From a virus (Duplodnaviria > Caudoviricetes), in IMG/VR virus record IMGVR_UViG_3300020399_000132, positions 96,001 through 160,000 of that record: a DNA stretch of 64,000 nt; one strand, 5' to 3'. Positions within the stretch are counted from its first letter, which is position 1. Each line of letters begins with the position of its first letter. A program made the translations under genes and the position numbers. Of this stretch, positions 9,052 through 17,794 are shown piece by piece. The notes under the pieces are model-generated. The model ran no database searches. It saw nothing but the letters and a program-made list of their open reading frames with translations, and was not told the origin of the DNA.

Positions 9052-10380
9052 ATTAAGTATTTCTACTAACAAAGGATCTAAGTAGTCTTTATAACTTTGA
9101 TCCCTAACTTCATCTAAAATAATTATTTCCGTTTTCATTTTTTTAACATCACCATTATGATTATCAATCGCGTTTTGTATTTGACCAACTAAATTATGAA
9201 TATTAAATCTATACCACTTCTTATATTCTTTCCCTCTTATAGTTGCATGTACAGTATCAGATTGTGCAACAGTAGCTATTCCAGATTCAGTAATATCTAT
9301 AATCCGATCAAGAGCAATCTCTAATAATTCCTTTGGCATATTCCTAATTGATGTTCCCCTATTATCTGGATACATTTCTGAAAAATGAATATACCAATCA
9401 GGAATTTTATAGTGTGCACATTTATTACATATCCATTCTATATAATCAGCAACATTTAAAATATTTAAAGATGACAATACCATATTAAAATATTGATGTT
9501 TAATATTTGTACATGTACTAAGATAATGATCTAAACTTTCATTTAATTTTTTCCAATCAGAATTATGTCGGATATAATTATATGTTCTATGGGTGCCATC
9601 TATACTGAACGTATGCCCCTGCTCTTTAAAATTATTTAATAGTTTTGATAGTTCCGGTGTAAACTGAGTAGCATTAGTATGAAACTTTAAAATTGTATTT
9701 TTACTTGCTTCCGTTTCGACATATCGTTCTAATACTTTAACTACTCTTCTATCATAAAATGGTTCGCCTCCAGAAGCTTTTAACATTGTTATCTTGTGTG
9801 TATTATTCAATAACCAATCAATAACACTGTTATTATCTTTATCATAGATAACACCTTTTACATCAGGCATTGCATTATTACTAGCTTTCATAAAGGAATT
9901 ATGTAAACCCTTTACTTTCATCTTCTCAACGTCTTTACCCAATTGATGAGATGAACCCACATTACACATTCTGCAGGCTAAATTGCACAGGTTAGAAAGG
10001 GTTATGTCAAACTCAAACAACCCTTCTTGATTGGGATGAGGTGGATCAGAAGAATCAGAACATTGTCTAAATGATTCTAAACCATCTTCCTCCATCTTCC
10101 AACAAACGGTACATGCTTTATTCTTTATACCATTAGATAAATCATTTCTAAGTTTTTCAAAAGATTCATGATTAAATATTTCCTCTGGACTTAAACCTTT
10201 TAAAGATCCATGGCCTAACTCATGATGTTTAACTGAACCATCTTCTTCTGAAGTAACAGGGTTCATCATCATGCAACAAGGAGTTACATTAATGGGTTCT
10301 CTTCCATCTTTAGACCATTTCTTAAAAGTCATGGCATGAAATGGATAATGACAATATGTCGGATGTGTCTTAGGATTCAT
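9031..10380 (-). CDS. Radical SAM protein with N-terminal twitch/SPASM-like Cys domain
   Basis: CNLACRMC, SGGEPF, FSIDG; N-terminal YC..PF, PCC, CTVCWKME. Confidence 0.88.
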   Translation of the reverse strand: MNPKTHPTYCHYPFHAMTFKKWSKDGREPINVTPCCMMMNPVTSEEDGSVKHHELGHGSLKGLSPEEIFNHESFEKLRNDLSNGIKNKACTVCWKMEEDGLESFRQCSDSSDPPHPNQEGLFEFDITLSNLCNLACRMCNVGSSHQLGKDVEKMKVKGLHNSFMKASNNAMPDVKGVIYDKDNNSVIDWLLNNTHKITMLKASGGEPFYDRRVVKVLERYVETEASKNTILKFHTNATQFTPELSKLLNNFKEQGHTFSIDGTHRTYNYIRHNSDWKKLNESLDHYLSTCTNIKHQYFNMVLSSLNILNVADYIEWICNKCAHYKIPDWYIHFSEMYPDNRGTSIRNMPKELLEIALDRIIDITESGIATVAQSDTVHATIRGKEYKKWYRFNIHNLVGQIQNAIDNHNGDVKKMKTEIIILDEVRDQSYKDYLDPLLVEILNGEAVHW

Positions 10381-11312
10381 TCAAATAAAATAGAAATAGA
10401 TTCATTATGATTAATTCTTCTAATCGCTTCTGAGAACATAGGTGCTATTGTTAATACTTTTACACTATTAGTTTCAAGATTTGGTATAGTATCTGTTATT
10501 ACTAAATTTGATAGGGCATCTGACTCTTCCATTTTACGTCCACCACCCTTACTTAACACTCCGTGAGTAATATACGCGCTGACTTCAATTGCTCCTTCTT
10601 TCTTTAATGCCTCAGCAGCTTTTAGAAGTGTACCACCAGTATCTACAATATCATCTACTATTATACATTTTTTCTTATTCACATTTCCAATAACATTCAT
10701 CGAAGCAATTTGATTAGCTTGCTCTCTACGTTTATCGATGATCGCTATATCTAATTGTAATTTCTTAGCCACCTTTCTTGCTCTGGCAACACCACCTGCA
10801 TCAGGAGAAACTATAACACCATTCCTTGCTATTACCATTCGATTGGGATGGGTTTCTAAATCATTAACAAACAATGGCATGGCTCCTAAATCATCTACTG
10901 GAATATCAAAGAACCCTTGTATCTGTCCAGCATGTAAATCCATTGTTACTATTCTATTAGCACCTGCCGCCTCTAACATGTTTGCCACTAACCTAGCCGT
11001 TATGGGTGTTCTGGAAACGGGCTTTCTATCTTGTCTTGCATAACCGAAATAAGGAATCACTGCAGTAATTCTACCAGCTGATGCTCTCTTACAAGCATCC
11101 ATTAGAATCAATAATTCCATTAAATTATCATTGGCGGGATTACAAATACTTTGAATGATGAATACATCCTCACCACGGACATTCTCTTTGATCATACAAG
11201 AGAGTTCATTGTCTGCAAATTTAATAAGTTCTACTTCACATAAATGTTGTCCACAATGTTGTGCAATGGACACTGCTAAATTATTATTTGAATTTCCAGC
11301 GATCAGTTTCAT
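10377..11312 (-). CDS. prs: Ribose-phosphate pyrophosphokinase
   Basis: PYFGYARQDRK, DLHAGQIQGFF, VSPDAGG, IVDDIVDTGGT. Confidence 0.97.
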   Translation of the reverse strand: MKLIAGNSNNNLAVSIAQHCGQHLCEVELIKFADNELSCMIKENVRGEDVFIIQSICNPANDNLMELLILMDACKRASAGRITAVIPYFGYARQDRKPVSRTPITARLVANMLEAAGANRIVTMDLHAGQIQGFFDIPVDDLGAMPLFVNDLETHPNRMVIARNGVIVSPDAGGVARARKVAKKLQLDIAIIDKRREQANQIASMNVIGNVNKKKCIIVDDIVDTGGTLLKAAEALKKEGAIEVSAYITHGVLSKGGGRKMEESDALSNLVITDTIPNLETNSVKVLTIAPMFSEAIRRINHNESISILFE

Positions 11313-11487
11313 TTAACCTTTACGAATTCAGTTTCATTACCTACTTTTTTAGTTTTAATATATCCTTCTGATTCAAGCATTTCTAAAGTTCTATTAGCTA
11401 CCTTATCTACTGCTATATGCCAAGCAATGCGATATCCGAAGTATGATCCTATTACATAAGCTATTAAATTTTGTATCCACGGTTCCA

Positions 11488-11748
11488 TTATTTCCTCTTA
11501 TTCCTTTGAATGTCATCCAAATAATCTACACCTTCTTTTAAATGATCATAGGGGCCTGGTAGTACTCCTTCATATTTTTTTAGTATATCTTTTCGATGTT
11601 GCTTTACGGTCTTTCTTATATTCTGTTTTATTTCTTTTTTAGTGGGCATTGTGATTGGCTCCCTTATTTTAAAAGCTGAACTGATTTCTGCTTCTATTAT
11701 TCCTTGAACATAGTCCCAAGAATTATTCTCTACTGATATTTTGTACAT
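11488..11748 (-). CDS. Phage hypothetical protein
   Basis: RBS AAGGAG upstream. Confidence 0.55.
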   Translation of the reverse strand: MYKISVENNSWDYVQGIIEAEISSAFKIREPITMPTKKEIKQNIRKTVKQHRKDILKKYEGVLPGPYDHLKEGVDYLDDIQRNKRK

Positions 11749-11774
11749 CTCTCCTTTAATATATTTATGTGGGG

Positions 11775-11849
11775 TGGCTGCCTAGGCTGGGCTCGAACCA
11801 GCGACATTCTGATTAACAGTCAGATGTTCTACCACTGAACTACTAGGCA
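11775..11849 (-). tRNA. tRNA-Asn(GTT)
   Basis: TGCCTAG/CTAGGCA acceptor, TCTGA-CTGTTAA-TCAGA, GGTTCGAGCCC, CCA. Confidence 0.94.
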
Positions 11850-11857
11850 TTAAAACA

Positions 11858-12066
11858 TGTAGGGTAGAGCCTAGACTATCCCGAAAGATAACTCTTGCAA
11901 GACACTCGGGTCTCGTTCATCAAAAGTTATCTACTCCCTCACCCGGTGGCACGTACCGTTGGTCTTATTGGAGGGGAACTCTTAACTTCATCTAGGTAGA
12001 TCACTTAGTCGCACTCAGTACTAAGGTCCGTCCCCCGTTCCTGGCTTTAGTGTCGTTTACCCTACA
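11858..12066 (-). ncRNA. Candidate structured non-coding RNA (~209 nt)
   Basis: Closed by TGTAGGGTA/TACCCTACA; several internal stems; no ORF; GC-richer than flanks; 8 nt upstream of tRNA-Asn. Confidence 0.7.
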
Positions 12067-12068
12067 AT

Positions 12069-12323
12069 TCAAATCATCTTATACCATTCAGTAGGTATCT
12101 TATCTAACATCATACAGTTTTTATATAAGTCCGATCGCTTCCTCATAAAGCTACGAGCAGTCGTATCATTATTATATATTCGTCCTTCAAATCGGCCATC
12201 ATTATATTCAACTATTAATCCGCAATGCCAGACACGGCCAGACGCAGCCAAGTCCCCCATCGCTCTCACAGGAACTTCCGCAACTCCACACGCCGACAGC
12301 GCGCGCTCTATAAGTTTACCCAT
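12069..12323 (-). CDS. Phage hypothetical protein
   Basis: ORF with AGAG upstream. Confidence 0.5.
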   Translation of the reverse strand: MGKLIERALSACGVAEVPVRAMGDLAASGRVWHCGLIVEYNDGRFEGRIYNNDTTARSFMRKRSDLYKNCMMLDKIPTEWYKMI

Positions 12324-12393
12324 ACTCTCTTTTCGTTTAGCCGTAGGCTGATTATTTATTAGTGGTTTAGGGCGCGAAGCGCCCTTCGGCTCG

Positions 12394-13212
12394 TCACTTC
12401 TTCTCTAGACCTTCGCCAAAGGCTGTTTCTGGTAAGGAACGTTCCAGATCCGTTAGATCTTCATCTGATGCAGCTAAGTGCAAAACTTCTCCATAAGCTT
12501 TTCTTTGATCTCTCTCACTCTCTAATTCTGCAATGAAATCATTTACATCCATAGCGGCTCCTTGTGGCTTTGATGTCTCTTCTGTCTTCTTCCTTGTCTC
12601 TAACTTTCTTTTCCTCTTGCTCCAGGATTTCTTTGCTTGGTCCTTCCAGCTCTGTCCATCTATATTTCCATCCGAAACAAGTTTCTGTATTTTTCCACCA
12701 CCTGCTAAGAAATCATCTACTGCGTTTCTAATCTGTTGCCTATCTATTATATCATCTACGCCTTTCGATGCGGCAGCAGCACTTTTCAGGCGGTTCTTGT
12801 CGGCGCTAACTGTACCTGCCCATTTCTTACGCACGGCTAAATTTTGTTTGTTTGCCTTAGCAATAATAGAATCTTCTTGTGCTTTCTTTGTTGCTTTTTT
12901 CTCTAGTAGATCTGTTCCTGCCACTCCACGTTTAATCTTACCACTAATCGCTGCGTTAGAGAATCCTGTAGCACTTGCAATTTCTGCTACGGTCATTCTA
13001 GTTTTTCCTTGCGAGTCTACAGCAAATACTCTAGGATTTTTTCCGGAGCGTTTTGCACCTTCTGAATTACGCTGTAAATAAATTGTATCTGCATCGTGAT
13101 TAAACTTATGCATTAGATTACTCATCCTACAATACGAAAGATTAAAGAGCTTTGCTAGCTCTCTCATCGTGTGTAGGGATTCGTGGAATGGGTATAATTT
13201 CGCTTTAGCCAT
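12394..13212 (-). CDS. Early basic protein with HTH-like segments and SutA-like motif
   Basis: TMRELAKLFNLS and TVAEIASATGFS HTH-like; AVDDFLAGGGKIQKL; directly behind consensus promoter. Confidence 0.55.
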   Translation of the reverse strand: MAKAKLYPFHESLHTMRELAKLFNLSYCRMSNLMHKFNHDADTIYLQRNSEGAKRSGKNPRVFAVDSQGKTRMTVAEIASATGFSNAAISGKIKRGVAGTDLLEKKATKKAQEDSIIAKANKQNLAVRKKWAGTVSADKNRLKSAAAASKGVDDIIDRQQIRNAVDDFLAGGGKIQKLVSDGNIDGQSWKDQAKKSWSKRKRKLETRKKTEETSKPQGAAMDVNDFIAELESERDQRKAYGEVLHLAASDEDLTDLERSLPETAFGEGLEKK

Positions 13213-13258
13213 AATCTTATCTTTTCTTAATTGGTTGTTATTTAAAATATAATATTAT

Positions 13259-13303
13259 ATTATAATATATTCGGGGCAACATGTCAACGTTTTTCTTTCG
13301 CAA
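13259..13303 (-). promoter_or_regulatory. Early sigma70 promoter module, copy 2
   Basis: TTGCGAAAGAAAAACG-TTGACA-N17-TATAAT. Confidence 0.85.
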
Positions 13304-13319
13304 ATGGAAAAAAAATTTT

Positions 13320-14011
13320 TCCGAAGCCTGGTCCCGATTGAGGAAGCGGTTTACATAAGGCCGCCAAGTCCTACTCTTACTTACTTAGGACCTGCTCTTG
13401 ATTCCGGAAGCCCTGACTCGAATGCGGTATTACAATAAATAAACATTAACGGTGGGAGATGTTAAAAAATAAAAAAAAATTTTGTATTAGATTAGTTTAT
13501 AGCCTGATGCCTAAGCCTATAGGGCTATGACGATTACGGTACACTCTATTGCAGGTAGGGGGGTGCATGTGTTGTTCTCTCTATTGAACGAGCAGAGTGT
13601 GTTGACCGTTTCATATCTCTACTGAGCTTGTAGCTAGCACTCACTCAGCCGCGTCATGTGCGTTGCAGATATGCTACACTAGTTTGACGACACTTAGTCC
13701 GATGCTTCAATCATGATGAGCAGTCGGACGACTCTGCTCGAAGCTCGTATATATAAGAAAAAAAATATAGCAGAGGATAATTTTATTACGTAGCTCTGAG
13801 CTTATCCCACGTTCACATTATCCTCCATAACATATATCTATCTGAGTCCCGCAATGCATGTTCGCGCTTGTCGTATACACGACTACGTAGGAGCTGGTCG
13901 ACTACTCGTATATATGCTTAGCTATATACGCTGTATCTCTCATTGTATGTTAGACAGGGACTCCGGCGGCGAGAGAGATGGAAGCGCGAAGCCCCTGTAG
14001 AAGGCGCGTTA
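13320..14011. other. Hairpin-rich non-coding region (possible ncRNAs, origin or genome-end region)
   Basis: No ORF of 60 aa or more; inverted repeats 13589-13598/13731-13740, 13773-13781/13817-13825, 13844-13850/13957-13963. Confidence 0.55.
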
Positions 14012-14260
14012 CTAGTTAAGTAATTCGCCATCATGTATATACTGCAGCAGTTCGAACTCTGCTACGTCTTGTTCATATATGCTTACTGCGCCGTTCAGAT
14101 GCTCTATGGTTTTTTGCAGTCTATTATAGAGAGTTGTATCTGAACGGTCGCTAGCTTCCCATATACCTAATAGTGTATCTAGCTCATTTAATTGACTATC
14201 GATTCGACTCGATAAATCATTGCACAATTCTGCTGCTTCGTCCATTGGTTGATTATACAT
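14012..14260 (-). CDS. Early hypothetical protein
   Basis: Coupled ORF behind promoter copy 3. Confidence 0.55.
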   Translation of the reverse strand: MYNQPMDEAAELCNDLSSRIDSQLNELDTLLGIWEASDRSDTTLYNRLQKTIEHLNGAVSIYEQDVAEFELLQYIHDGELLN

Positions 14261-14648
14261 AGTCTATTGTTCTTCCCGGTCGTGGTTTATTGTTTACTAA
14301 ATTTGTATATTTTTCAAAACGTGCGTCCCACTCTACGCGAGTAGCACTAAGATAATTCCGCATCTCGGATTTCGAAATAGCGATCTCCATATCAGTTTTA
14401 AAATTTTCGGGAACTTCAATTCCACCGAGGACTTCTTCGTTGAAATATTCATTGGGGGGATTGACGATGTAACTGTAAACGAATTCTACAGCTTCTTCAA
14501 CAGATGGAGCACCGGAGACAATGTAATCATCACCGCCTTTACATTTCCACATCTGCGGACAGTCACCTGAACCGTTCCAGTCGTGGGCTCCATAGTTTTC
14601 ACGTATCTGTGATTGTACGTGTACTTCAATACTCATAATCTCTCTCAT
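14253..14648 (-). CDS. Early conserved phage hypothetical protein
   Basis: QIRENYGAHDWNG.G.CPQ.WK.KGG.DY pattern. Confidence 0.65.
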   Translation of the reverse strand: MREIMSIEVHVQSQIRENYGAHDWNGSGDCPQMWKCKGGDDYIVSGAPSVEEAVEFVYSYIVNPPNEYFNEEVLGGIEVPENFKTDMEIAISKSEMRNYLSATRVEWDARFEKYTNLVNNKPRPGRTIDYV

Positions 14649-14654
14649 GATATG

Positions 14655-14864
14655 TTATAGTTCATTCATATGATACAGATAACCTTCGAGGTCCAAGAAC
14701 GGTCCTCCTCCAGCCTTACTCTCTGCTAAGCTAATTCTACCGATATCGTCGTAATTCTCATCGACGAACGTATGATAAGCACCGACCAAATCACGATGTG
14801 GCTGACACAAATCTAAATCACTTTTATCTATTTCACTCAATTTTCTCATAATGTCCTCTCTCAA
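14655..14864 (-). CDS. Early hypothetical protein
   Basis: RBS GAGAGG before internal ATG (MRKLS). Confidence 0.55.
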   Translation of the reverse strand: MREDIMRKLSEIDKSDLDLCQPHRDLVGAYHTFVDENYDDIGRISLAESKAGGGPFLDLEGYLYHMNEL

Positions 14865-14888
14865 ACTCTTTCTTTATTCTCTATATAT

Positions 14889-14949
14889 ATTATACCACAT
14901 CTAGAGAGAAATGTCACGGTTTTTCTTTCGCAACAACTTCAATGAGTTA
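14889..14949 (-). promoter_or_regulatory. Early sigma70 promoter module, copy 3
   Basis: TTGCGAAAGAAAAACC-GTGACA-N17-TATAAT with extended TG; IHF-like CTTCAATGAGTTA at same offset as copy 1. Confidence 0.8.
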
Positions 14950-15666
14950 CCTGGAGTGCGTTGATATTATTAACAAAGAAACTTTCCTTTTTTTACAGAA
15001 ACCTACAGCGTAGCTGACACGTTACTGCAATTGTTGATTCAGTATATCACTATTCATATAGTAGAATATTTTAGTTGATTTCTAAATTTTTTCGCTTTTT
15101 TGCCTGCGGCGCCGTTTATATCCACTCTCTGAGAACATTTATACAGCTTCTACTGCGCATTAACCCGGTTTATTTACCGTTTCTAAACGGTCTCATATCC
15201 GAGATTCCTGTTCGATAAAAGAGATCCCGGGATAAGGAGTAATAGAAGATCTATGAGATCTACCACGAATAGACGTCAAAAACAGGAGAAAAGTCGATAT
15301 CTGGTGACCTTTCTCTATAGTATATCCTATGATAGTCTATGTAATATGAATGATTATTGTTTGTTTTTATGCCAAGAATCATGTCGAAATATTAATTGTG
15401 CTTCTGATACTTGTTTGACTTTTTGTATCATTTCTATATGAGATAGTCTCTTATGTAGTTGCCATCCTATTACTATCCATATTAGAGTTAACATAACAAT
15501 TAATGTTGTATTAAACCATGGTTTCATTGTTACGGATTGTTGTTGTTATCAGACTTCCTATACACATTCCGAACCCTGTGAAGAGAATGAGTCCGATGAT
15601 CATATTGGTTGAGTACATTGATATTATATCATTTGCTAGTGTAGTACATTCCATTGTATTATCCTA

Positions 15667-16710
15667 TTATAGTATTTGTTTATCATTATGATGGTCTATC
15701 CATCTTTGTAAACCTTTGGAATTCCCGTTCCATCCAGTGTCTTTATAGATCGTTTCTATGAGTATTTTTGTTATCTCATATGGATTAGCGTTGCCTGCTG
15801 GTCGTCTATCTTCTAGGTAACCTGTAGTATAGTTTGATTCAACTGTCTCTACTGGTATTCTTACACTAGCACCTCTATGACCTTCTCCGTAAGTGAATTC
15901 GTCTATTGATGCAGTCTCGTGCTTACCTGTCATTCGTTGATCATTGTCTTTACCATATACAGCTATATGATCCGCGTGTGTGCTTTCCATATTTTTTAGG
16001 ACCTGCATATAGACTTTGTGTGATGAGTTGTTTCTCATCTCGTTCGTACTAAAATTTGTATGCATGCCAGAACCGTTCCAGTCTCCTTTGATGGGTTTAG
16101 GTTCTATATTAATATCGCAGCCATGTTCTTCTGCGATTCTCTCTAGGATGTATCTTGACATCCAGAGGTCGTCACCAGCATTTTTTGCGCCTTTACTGAA
16201 CACCTGATATTCCCATTGACCGAGAGCTACTTCTGCGTTCGTACCCGTAATAGTAATCTCTGCTTCTATGCATGCTTCCATGTGATCGTTGACGACTTCT
16301 CGCCCTGCGACTTTACTAGCGCCCACACCACAATAATATGGACCCTGAGGTCCTGGTTCTCCGCTCTCCGGCCAGCCTAGTGGTTTGTTGGTGTCGGACT
16401 CACATAAAAAGTATTCTTGTTCGAATCCAAACCAGTAACTATCGGAGTCGACAAACGTTATTGCCTCTCTCTTTTCGGTTGAACACATGACGAGCCAGCC
16501 ATTAAAATGAAATGAATTATGATAGATTTTGACAGGAGTTAGTTTACAATCTGATTTATCGCCAGGTGCTTGACCTGTTGACGAACCGTCATAACCCCAG
16601 ATGGGCACGTCTCTCAGTTCATTAATCTCTATGCTTGTGATCTTTATTTTGCTACGTAGTTGCTCATCTGCGTCCAGCCATACGTATTCAAGTAGTGTCT
16701 GTGTGGTCAT
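15667..16710 (-). CDS. glnII: Glutamine synthetase type II
   Basis: LEYVWLD, WGYDGSSTGQA, QGPYYCGVG, NAEVALGQWEYQ, GDWNGSGMHTNFST, GYLEDRRP; 347 aa. Confidence 0.95.
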   Translation of the reverse strand: MTTQTLLEYVWLDADEQLRSKIKITSIEINELRDVPIWGYDGSSTGQAPGDKSDCKLTPVKIYHNSFHFNGWLVMCSTEKREAITFVDSDSYWFGFEQEYFLCESDTNKPLGWPESGEPGPQGPYYCGVGASKVAGREVVNDHMEACIEAEITITGTNAEVALGQWEYQVFSKGAKNAGDDLWMSRYILERIAEEHGCDINIEPKPIKGDWNGSGMHTNFSTNEMRNNSSHKVYMQVLKNMESTHADHIAVYGKDNDQRMTGKHETASIDEFTYGEGHRGASVRIPVETVESNYTTGYLEDRRPAGNANPYEITKILIETIYKDTGWNGNSKGLQRWIDHHNDKQIL

Positions 16711-16851
16711 GTTTTTCCTCTCCCAATTTTAATTGTTTTCTTTTTTCGTACCTTTCCATCCATTCAACGTTCTGTTGCTTGTTCTTATTCTGCATATCCT
16801 TGACTATTTTATCACGTTGATCATCGAAGTACTTTCCGAAAGATGTTTTAC

Positions 16852-17064
16852 TCATAACATATCCTTTTCCCAGTTTTGAGCATGTACGTCATCTGTGGCT
16901 TTCTCTAACCGTTCTCCTACTCTTTCCCATTGTTCTAGTTCGGCCATGAGTTGATTGTTTGCTTCCACTAGATAGTCAATACGTTTTGAATACATTAACA
17001 TACAGGCTTCTTTTATCTCTTCTCTTAGTCCCTTATCATAAACAAGTTGAGCTAGTGTATTCAT
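16852..17064 (-). CDS. Hypothetical protein
   Basis: Coupled ORF. Confidence 0.5.
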   Translation of the reverse strand: MNTLAQLVYDKGLREEIKEACMLMYSKRIDYLVEANNQLMAELEQWERVGERLEKATDDVHAQNWEKDML

Positions 17065-17327
17065 CGTCTTCTTCCTCCGCGCGCTTCTTGATGTAATGCT
17101 TCTAACCTTTTAAGGTGAGCTTTTCGCTGTTGGATCTCCACTTCACGATTTATTGTTTGTTTCATTTCTTCGAAGTCTTTTTTTTGTTCTTCGGGCGGCT
17201 TATCGAATCTAGATTCGTCACCTAGGTCAATCTCACAGATCGCCTTAATCAACTTGGCTTCTTCTTTCTTGTATTCCTCTGTGCCCGGCTTTAGATGGAA
17301 TAGCGGTGAATCGGTTCCTTTAGCCAC
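17061..17327 (-). CDS. Hypothetical protein
   Basis: Coupled ORF. Confidence 0.5.
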   Translation of the reverse strand: MAKGTDSPLFHLKPGTEEYKKEEAKLIKAICEIDLGDESRFDKPPEEQKKDFEEMKQTINREVEIQQRKAHLKRLEALHQEARGGRRR

Positions 17328-17616
17328 TTTTACTCTTTAAATCTTCTTTAGGTACTACTTGATATCCAGACTTATTATAAGCTATAGTCACAGCAAATCC
17401 ATCCGGTGTTGTAATCTCTCTAATAGGCTTATTAACGCATATACGATCGCGCTTCATCATTCGCTCTACATAATTATCTGGTATATCTTCTAACGTCGAA
17501 CGACGCTGATAGAGAGGTTCTTTAATTCCATAATTACGACCTTTTCGACCTATAATAGGATCAATAGGTTCATCTTCTTCCTGTTCAAAATAACATCCCG
17601 CACTAATTTTTATCAT
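17320..17616 (-). CDS. Conserved phage hypothetical protein
   Basis: C-terminal AYNKSGYQVV pattern; own promoter. Confidence 0.6.
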   Translation of the reverse strand: MIKISAGCYFEQEEDEPIDPIIGRKGRNYGIKEPLYQRRSTLEDIPDNYVERMMKRDRICVNKPIREITTPDGFAVTIAYNKSGYQVVPKEDLKSKSG

Positions 17617-17622
17617 AATTAT

Positions 17623-17651
17623 ATTATAGTATATTTTGATTCAAATGTCAA
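17623..17651 (-). promoter_or_regulatory. Sigma70 promoter, apparently leaderless transcript
   Basis: TTGACA-N17-TATAAT, 6 nt before ATG at 17616. Confidence 0.8.
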
Positions 17652-17794
17652 CTGGTTTATTTTCGTGAATATCATCAAAGTCAGTCTCAAATCTCCTCCG
17701 CCAATAGTCCTTACATTCTTGAGAAATCTCTATCATTTTATCGCCACACTCTCGTGTTTCCTTCTCATACTTTTCATCTTCTTCTGTTGTCATT

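Noticed and set aside
8440-11775. Theta (HDV-like) ribozymes after tRNAs
   Set aside because: Sequences 3' of each CCA are short spacers, AT-rich or coding; no nested pseudoknot seen
11858-12066. Group I intron, RNase P RNA or tmRNA identity
   Set aside because: GACTA/TAGTC recalls P7 but there is no interrupted gene or convincing P4-P6/P9; no GAGGAAAGTCC; no tRNA-like ends
12360-12396. SECIS after the TGA of ORF 12394-13212
   Set aside because: Readthrough adds only 8 aa and the hairpin loop (UUC) lacks the apical G
13320-15250. CRISPR array
   Set aside because: No regularly spaced direct repeats; only inverted repeats
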